NCBI GenBank assembly: GCA_036172245.1
Contig: JAYWIR010000034.1
Coordinates: 1,736,001 to 1,800,000 of the forward strand
Direction: 5' to 3'
Source: Raillietiella orientalis
Lineage: Eukaryota
DNA: 64,000 bases
Positions 56,521-64,000 of the stretch are shown one piece after another (within the stretch, counting starts at the first letter, position 1; the number at the start of each line of letters is the position of its first letter). A program made the position numbers and the translations under genes. The notes beneath the pieces are model-generated. The model did no database searches. It was not told the origin of the DNA and saw only the letters and a list, made by a program, of their open reading frames with translations.

Positions 56521-59500
56521 AAATTTCAAGGGCGGCGATGGCGGCCCTTCGACGTCATCTCCGGACGCACAGCCAGAAGTGCGGAGGAGCAGCCTCGGCA
56601 CCTTCGCCACCGGCGGAGGTGCCGCAGCCATGAAACGGCGAGGGTCAGAAGGTGGCGGCGGACCGGAGCTGTAGCACGGAAACCACAGGCGATCCTGTGC
56701 GGCGGAGGCGTCCAGGGCAACAGTTTGGAATTTCCTGACTACCCCGGGGAGGTTGCAAGGGCGGTGAGCTGCGAAGCGACCGCCGCGGGTCCTCCACTGT
56801 GTCTCGAGCTACGAGCGTCCCAGCGAAACGAAGGGGGGGGGGGGGGAGTGAGAGGGAGGGAGGAAGCCAGCGATGAATGCTGCTGCGAGGCCCAGGTCCC
56901 GCGCGGGGCGGCTGGAGCGGCTGCCGCGACCACCACCCCGAACGCCGCAAGTGGCAACCTGGCCACCTCTGCGCCCTCGTTCGCGGCGTCCTCCCCTCAT
57001 CGTTAAGAATGGATCTCCCCCTCCCTGCCCTCGCCGCTGCCGTCGCCTCCGCCGCGAGCCCCCTTTCGGCTCGGCCGGTGACGGCTTCAGCCGCGCTGCC
57101 GGACGAGACGCCCGCGCCAGCTGGAGTCGCTGCTGCTGCGGCCTTACAGGGAGGGGGCAGAAACGCACGGCGCGCCGAGGGAGCGAGCCGCGGGGAGCGT
57201 TGTTTTGGTTACGCGGGCGGTTCCCCCGCCAGCCGAACCTGAAACCTCCAGGGAAACGGCGTTCTCCGGACGGCTCCTCCCGGAGTGACGGATGACGTAC
57301 GCGGCGGCGGCTTCGATTCCACTTGTTCGCGACGGGTCCGCCGCCTCTCCGGAAAATGGGAAGGCGCGCGCTTCCCCCTTTCCCGAATTCTCGGGGAGGG
57401 TTGGCGCGCCCGCTCCCTTCCGCGCGCCCGTCTAGCGGAGGAGTCGCTCGCTCGCAGCGCGCGGGAAGACCTCGAAACGCAGCGGCTGTTAACAAGACGG
57501 ATGCTGCCGTCGCGGGCTCTCGCGGCGAGGGGAACCCACTCCTCAAGCAATGGCGTTGTCAGGGAAACGGGAGAGGAAGGAGATCGCGGAAAGGATTTGT
57601 GCCCATCGCTCCGTGGGAATAATTTACGATTATTGTGCTGGGTATTTCCAGAAACGTCTTTAACTTTCGACACGCGGAGCGACGACACTGGTCTGGCACC
57701 CGGCGAAGGGCAATTAGGAAGGGCGGATACGATTGGAAGGGGGGGGGGAAGGGGGAAACGCTGGACGCGATTGCCGCGGGCGAGCAGTCCACATCCAGTC
57801 ACACAGTGGCCGATCGGCAGCCGGCGGCTCAGGGAGGCCAGCAAAGAGCGCCCGCCGAAGCTCATCCTCCCGCCCCCGGGAGAGCGGACGCTGCACCCGC
57901 GAGGCGAGGGACGCCCAAGCATCCGGAACGGCCGTCCCCACCCCACCCCTCCGCACCGCGCCGCAATGACACCGTTCCTCCCGACGTCCTTATCGGTCCC
58001 CCCTCCACCTTGGTTCCCGCCTCGTGGGAGCGCTGCGGGGAAAATCCGGAAATCTTGGAAAATGCAACGGACGCAGACGAGTGGAGGAAGATGGGACAGC
58101 GAGAGCCTGGCTGCCCCTGGCAACCCTAGCGAGGCAGCGAAGATTTTCCGGTCCCGGATCGAAAAGCGGCAAGCAAACTCCCGGAAAGGGCACTCCGGGA
58201 CGTTCCCGTCCCGGCGTTCCGAGTCGCGAATCGTCGGGAGGTGCCGGCGAACAGGAAACGCCGCAGAGGAACGAGTCGCGAGCGCCCCTCTCCGAAAGCG
58301 GGAACGGGGGATGCGGAAGGCGGCGGCCCCCGCTCGATAAAGGTCCCGGGTGACTCGCGGAAAAGTCCGCCTCCGGCCCCATTAACAGTTCGACCCGAAA
58401 GCCCGGAGAGACCAACGCGAGGTCAACAATCCGCTCCTAATTATTGCGTGTGCGTATATGTTTATTTATTTTTCCCGGAAATCATAAAAGCGCGGAGACG
58501 CCAATTCCGGCTCCTGGAGGCAGATGCAGCCGCCCGCTGCAGAGCCGCTCCCGCTTGGATGGGAAACCTGATGAGGGTGAGAGGAGGGTTCCACTCCCGT
58601 TCGACTCTTCGGCGAAACGTCGCCCTGCCAACGAGCGCCGACCGCCCCGTAACAATAGAAAACACGCGTCACCTTCGGCTATTTTTAGCGCTCTGCAGCG
58701 GAAACGCTAACAATTCTGCCTTCCCGCGAGGGCGCGCGCAAAGTGTCTGACGACGACGCCCCCCAGCGCCCGCCGGGAGGCGTTCCCGACGCGCGCGAAA
58801 GTCGGGAAAGCGCGCGGGAGCGATGACGCCGCCCGGGGAAGCACGGAAGACCTCGCGGTCCTCGGACGCACCCACTCCGGTCAGAAAGAGGTCGCCGACG
58901 GAGCTCGCTCGCGTCCACAAAGGCAGGCATCTGCCAAAGATCCGGCGCGCCCTTCCGCAGCGTCCGGAAGGCGCCCGCCGAGGAACACCGCCGGTGGACG
59001 GATGGATGCGCGAGTGCACCACCCAAGAGCAGACGGTCGAGGTGAGGGCACGGATTCGAGCGCGGGTCAGGAAACGCCTCGGCAACTTCCGGCCTGCTCG
59101 CGAAGAGCTGGAGTGCACGTGTTCACGGGGGCGAAATCCAGGAGGCTCTCCGGCCTTCCAGGCGAAGAACGAGAAGGTGATGATGCTCCGCGTACGCGCG
59201 CGCGAAAAAGAAAAAGAAAAATGCAAAACACCGCAGGGCGGGAACGACGTGTTTCATTGCTCAACCGCGTCGTTCTGGGATAAATAATGGTGGCTAGGAG
59301 GCGCCGTTGGAAAAGGAGCACAAAGAGCGGAGTGTTCGGAAAAACAAATCGGCACCGCTGTCGATCCCTGATTCGGAATTCTCGAAGGGAGCGGCACTGG
59401 AGCGCTGTCTCGGGCGCTTGCCGAGCGCATCAATAAAGAATAATGCAGAGGAGCACGGAGGGTAGCATCTTCGAATTCCACGGCAAGAATGATGGGTCCC

Positions 59501-60699
59501 TTCCCGACATTTACGCCCAGAGAAAGTGTGCAGAATGTCTTTGAGAGCGTTCCTGGCTGCGAGCGAGGAGCGACTTAATTCTCGGCGCGCGCAAGAAGTC
59601 CTTGCTCGCTGCCTCCCCCCCCCCTCTCCTCCTCCTCGTCTTGCACGTTGCTGCAGGCAAAGACCGGGGTCATGGTGCTTGTATTGCAGAGTCCACAGAG
59701 CTTGTAGGACGCAGGCTGACGAACAGCAGCGTCCCGCGGTAGTTGCAAAGCACGATCGAGGAGCAGGGGGAAAGGGAAGGGGGGTAACTCCGTATTGGGG
59801 TTGAGCATCTGCCGAAAAGCAAAGAGAAGGGAGGCATGTGGACCTTGTGCGTGACAGACTCCGTCGGGGAGCCAACGTCTGGTCCCGACCTTTCCCGTCG
59901 TCAGGAAACGCTCGAAGGGAGTGCGGCGTGCAAGAACAAAAGAGGAGACGCGGTCAACACGCAGGGGCTGTCCTCGGGGCAACACCATCACTACTCGGCT
60001 AAGCCACTCGTGAGCCTCCACCGACTGGTTCCTCAAGAGTGGAGCCACCGTTCGAAAGGTACGTGTCTTTGCAAAAAGCGGCCCAGAACGCCAAGCATTC
60101 TATGAATTGTGGGAGGGATCTTTCGGGTTGATCGAAGGGCAATGAAGAACGAACGTCAGATTCATTGCGCGCAGAAAGATGGCCAATACCTCGCTAAAGT
60201 GAAAGAGAGCTCATCGATGGAAGGCAACTGCCCTCCCAAGTTTGATCCAATAGAGCAAAAGTGGTGCCATCGTTCTCCGGTGGTGATGGAATGGAAATCG
60301 CGCTGCCAAGACTGGAAAGCGCTGAGGACGAAACTCGAAAAGTCTTCAGCCTCTGCCTCTCGAAGGTCACAGTCAACCGACCTCTCCTCACCCCCACGAC
60401 CTCGCGCTGCACGGGACCGCGCCGGAGCGCGCGCTGCATCGCCCCTCCTGCTAACAGGCCCTATCGAGCACGCAAGCCGCCGCGAGCTGGCCCGTGCGGC
60501 CCGCAGACGCACGCATGGGTCGTGACTGCGTCGGGGGGAAACCATAAGCCTTCGATGGGATTCGGGACTTCGACAGAGAAACCCCAGAGACCTGATGCCT
60601 TCCAAGAACGAGTCGATCCCGAATTTCTTCGCATGCTGCTCCGCATAAGCGACTCGTCCCCTGCGTCGGACCTACGAGCTTGACCCAAAATGACCGAAT

Positions 60700-61330
60700 C
60701 TAGCTGCCACGAGATGATGCCATGACGACACAAAAAAAAAAAAAAACACGAGGGGACGTACAGGGGACTCAGGGACCACACTTCCCGATGGAAGTGGGCC
60801 CCTTTGTCCCGCTGAATGGCCCACTTCCATCGACCCCTTCTCCGTAACGAGGATCGCCCTGTGCTCCAGCATGAACCACCCTTCAACCGACCATTCGCCA
60901 GAGATTCAGCCCAGCGACCACTCGAAGTACACGACAGCCTGATATCCTCACTGATCGCCACGATTTCCCCTGTCTCCACTGACCCCCGAGGGTCGAATTC
61001 AATTTTGATAATAATCATTGCCTTGAGAACGCTCCAAGCATGGTCTGAGACGCCACTCAGTTCACCACCCGCCCATAAATCGTAATAATAATTGATTCTG
61101 ACGTTTCGCCATGCGAGCAGCGCAGTCTGAATAACGAATCGATCGGTGGTCAGCTCAGAACCCACACCTCGTCTCCCATCCAGGCGAAGCAGTTTGATCC
61201 CAGGTCACTTCCCCATGTTCCGTGGCTGACTGAAAGCCGCGAGACTGAAGAAATGGGGCTTTGGCCAGCGAAGGGGGACGCCCGCTGGCAGTGAGAAACG
61301 CAGCGTATTGGAACCCACAAACACGCGCAC
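60700..61330 (-). mobile_element. Possible decayed Penelope-like element GIY-YIG endonuclease remnant
   Basis: The minus-strand ORF 60461-61165 contains RNVR..SGVSDHAWS..KIEFD..EIVAISED..AIQRDKG...W, resembling the Penelope endonuclease pattern EH.R.VR..SAVAEHAW..H.I.F..ILA.E..NRD.G...W. Upstream, in other frames, are IRC..C and WMG/ETR (cf. IPC..C..YIGET.R). Confidence 0.4.
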
Positions 61331-61637
61331 GCAAGCGGGCCGTTGCCCGGCGACTCGGACGGGCCGCTCAACGGATTTCGCAAGCAGCTGGGGAGAGCCA
61401 TGGGATCGCGTTCATGCCTTTCTCACGTTCCCCGCTGACCACGAATCACGAAAGAAAGCCCGTGGGTCGCTCGGGGAATCGACGGACCACCATCGCCGTG
61501 GCCACAATGCCCCGAAAAGATCGGAGGCTTCGCGTAGGGCCGTAAGTGGGACCCCAGAGCATCCGTCCCGAGAGCGGAAAATCAAGACCCAGATTCCCGC
61601 ACTTTGTGCCATTCGTAAAAAGGAGAGAAATCTTTTG

Positions 61638-61680
61638 CAACAATGGTATCCATGGTTTGTCAACAACGGTATCCATGGTT
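61638..61680. repeat. Tandem duplication with a 23-bp period (CAACAAYGGTATCCATGGTT x2)
   Basis: Read directly from the sequence; one mismatch. Confidence 0.85.
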
Positions 61681-64000
61681 GCGCCTACCAACACTTGAGC
61701 GTGCCACTTCGCCACTGTTTGCTAAAAATAGCGAAGCGATTTCTCCTCCTTCCTTCCCTCCCCTCCCCCTCCTCCCCGCTCGGCACGCGCACCTGCATCT
61801 ACTACGCACAGCAGCAACTCCTTTCTGTCCCCTCGAGCATCCGACGTGCGACACTCGAACTCCGGATTTATCCCTCCTCTTTAATCGACACGTCCCTGAG
61901 GTGCTCCAGGAGGATCTCCGTCTCTACGTGCGCGCGCGGACGGCCTGCCTGCTCCAGCGCCGCTGCCGGAGATTCATCCCAGGCATCTGTCAGGCGCCCG
62001 GACGCCGCGTCACTGTCCCGCGTCGCTCTTTAATCACGAAAGCTGCCAGAGGGGAGTCAAAAAAGGGAAGGAAAGGCGGCGGGGAGGCCCTCCCTCGCAT
62101 CCCCGGCCGCACGGACCGCGACCGCGACGATCGATGAGGAGCAGACCCGCGTCCAGAGAGCAGCCTGGCCAGCTGGCGCGCGCGCCCGGCGAGGGGGATA
62201 GCGCACGCCCGCGGTCGCCGCGATGGCGAGGAGCAGCTGCACGCTGAAGAGCGCACACACGAGGCGGGAGTTTGGGGGGGCACTCCGGCGCCCACGCCCA
62301 CGCCCCGCCAAGCCACGGCCTCCGGTGACCTCTGCTCACCGAGAGACCCCTTCCGGAGCTGGAGCCAGCAACTTAAGGAGAAGGGAAGGGGAAGGGGGAA
62401 GGGACGGACGACGGTTCCCAAGTGGGACCCCCCAGGTCCGACCAGGAGACGTTACGTTCCTAGACGAGCCGACGTGCCCTCCCTGGGAGGAGCGGGGAAG
62501 CTGCAGCGAGTCTCTCCGTCCGCCTCCCCCTCTCCAGCCCCGAGTGCGCCCTCTCAGGACCAAGGAAGGGGGATGTCCGCGCCGAGATCGCGGCTCGACT
62601 CGAATGTTCTGGCAACCGTGCTCACGTCCCCGGTGCAGCCGCACTCACCCTAGGCTCGCCACGAAGTCAGGCGCTCTTTCCTCCCCCTCGGTCCGTCTCC
62701 ACAGGTCCGCCACCCGGCGGGCCGCGTCGGTCAGGCCCCAGGAAGAGCAGCGGCCGGAAGAATCGATCGACACCCGCCAGATGGCAGAAGGGGAGAGCGG
62801 CAGCGGCGGTCTGCATGCTACCAGCCTCCGCGTTTGCGCAGGGCGTGGCCGTGGCGCTCTTCGAGTCCCCCGGAGCCGTGGGCTCGAAGAGCCGGCGGGA
62901 AGGCAGGCCGCTTGATTCCTTCCGGGACATCGAGTGCGTGCGCGCCTTCCACCTGGAGTAGCCCGGGGCGGTGGGCGGCCTCTCGACTTCCGGCCTCTCC
63001 GGGTGGCGGCGCGCCCTCGGTGAGGCGGTTCACCAGGGGTTATATGGGGGAAGATGTGCGGCGCATCCTCCCTGCAAACACAGGTGGTGGTGGGGAGGCG
63101 TCGCAGGAGGGGCGCGAGGTGTCAACTGCCTCCGGCGCGCGTGCGCATCCCCTTTCGAAAGAGGGACCGCCGGAAGACGTCGACGGCTCCCCCAACCCAG
63201 TGGGCGTCGCTCCTGGCGAGGGCGTGCCGGGCTTGAAGAGCCAGGGATCTCCCCCTTCCCTTCCCCTCCCCGAGTCAACAGACGGCCCGGACCGCGGATC
63301 GATCAAACGTCGGGGACGCTGCGCGTTTGGACGGCAGCGCCCGACCCTCCCGCGGGCAGAGGAGACGGACAGGGAAAGGGGAAAGCGATGTCTCTCGGCA
63401 GGCCCATCGAGATTTCGCGGGGAGGGCGAGGTGCACCGTGGGGCGGCGGCCACCCCGGCCGAACGCTGCCAACTTTTGGCAGCCCCTTTGTCCCACGTCG
63501 CTCCCGCCCACATCGGCCCTCTCCCCTCTTCCCGAAGCCACGGGGGCGAACGCGGAGGACCCGTGCGAGAAGCGCCCGCCCGAAAAGCCCATCCCCGTGA
63601 CGACGGCCGCGCCGAGGAGGACGCGCGCAGGAGCGACTGCCTCGAAGAACACACCCTGAGAAGAGAGACGCTCCGCCCAGCACCGGCACGCGGGATTGTC
63701 TTTTTTTTCCATCTGGAGGGGGAAAAGGAGGGGGAGAGACTCCTGGTACAGAGTATAGGGGGGCGACGAGTTTTTCCCACACGAGACGAAGCGGTCGGCA
63801 ACGAAGCACCCGTAACCACGGCAACCGGCGGAGACCTCGACGGCCGCGATTGTCGAGCCGCGAGCGGAACAATCGGCGGAAACCGGAAACGAGTCCTCTG
63901 GTCGAGGAGAAGGGAGAGACGGGGGTGGGGGTAAGGGTGCGTGTGTGTGTATGTGGGGATCAGGGGGGACGTCGCTAACTGCCGCAAAAGGTTCGGTCCA

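Noticed and set aside
60322..60350. CTGAGGA...GAAAAGTC hammerhead-like motif (also CTGAAGA motifs near 3036 and 56221)
   Set aside because: The stem II closing pair or the GAAA core is missing, and stem I does not form.

Overview
This is a eukaryotic, intron-rich, mostly GC-rich window, probably from an arthropod given its Dpr-family gene and very short introns. Three spliced protein-coding genes can be rebuilt by hand with consistent GT-AG phases. (1) A minus-strand class C GPCR of the metabotropic glutamate receptor type (4082-12837, 12 exons, 849 aa) keeps the alpha-amino-acid binding residues but lacks the two basic residues that recognise glutamate's side chain. (2) A plus-strand anoctamin/TMEM16 (18592-30696, at least 14 exons, at least 832 aa) has an intact reading frame but has lost almost all canonical Ca2+-coordinating residues, two of them replaced by Lys and Arg. 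(3) A minus-strand Dpr-family two-Ig-domain protein (31888-41747, 272 aa) converges on the anoctamin 3' end. Accessory features are a tRNA-derived SINE-like repeat in 2-3 copies, decayed RTE-LINE and Penelope-like remnants, an intronic copy of part of an anoctamin exon, a sharp low-GC block (~14-25 kb), and ~22 kb with no recognisable gene upstream of dpr. All family assignments rest on motifs recognised by eye; no database searches were run.
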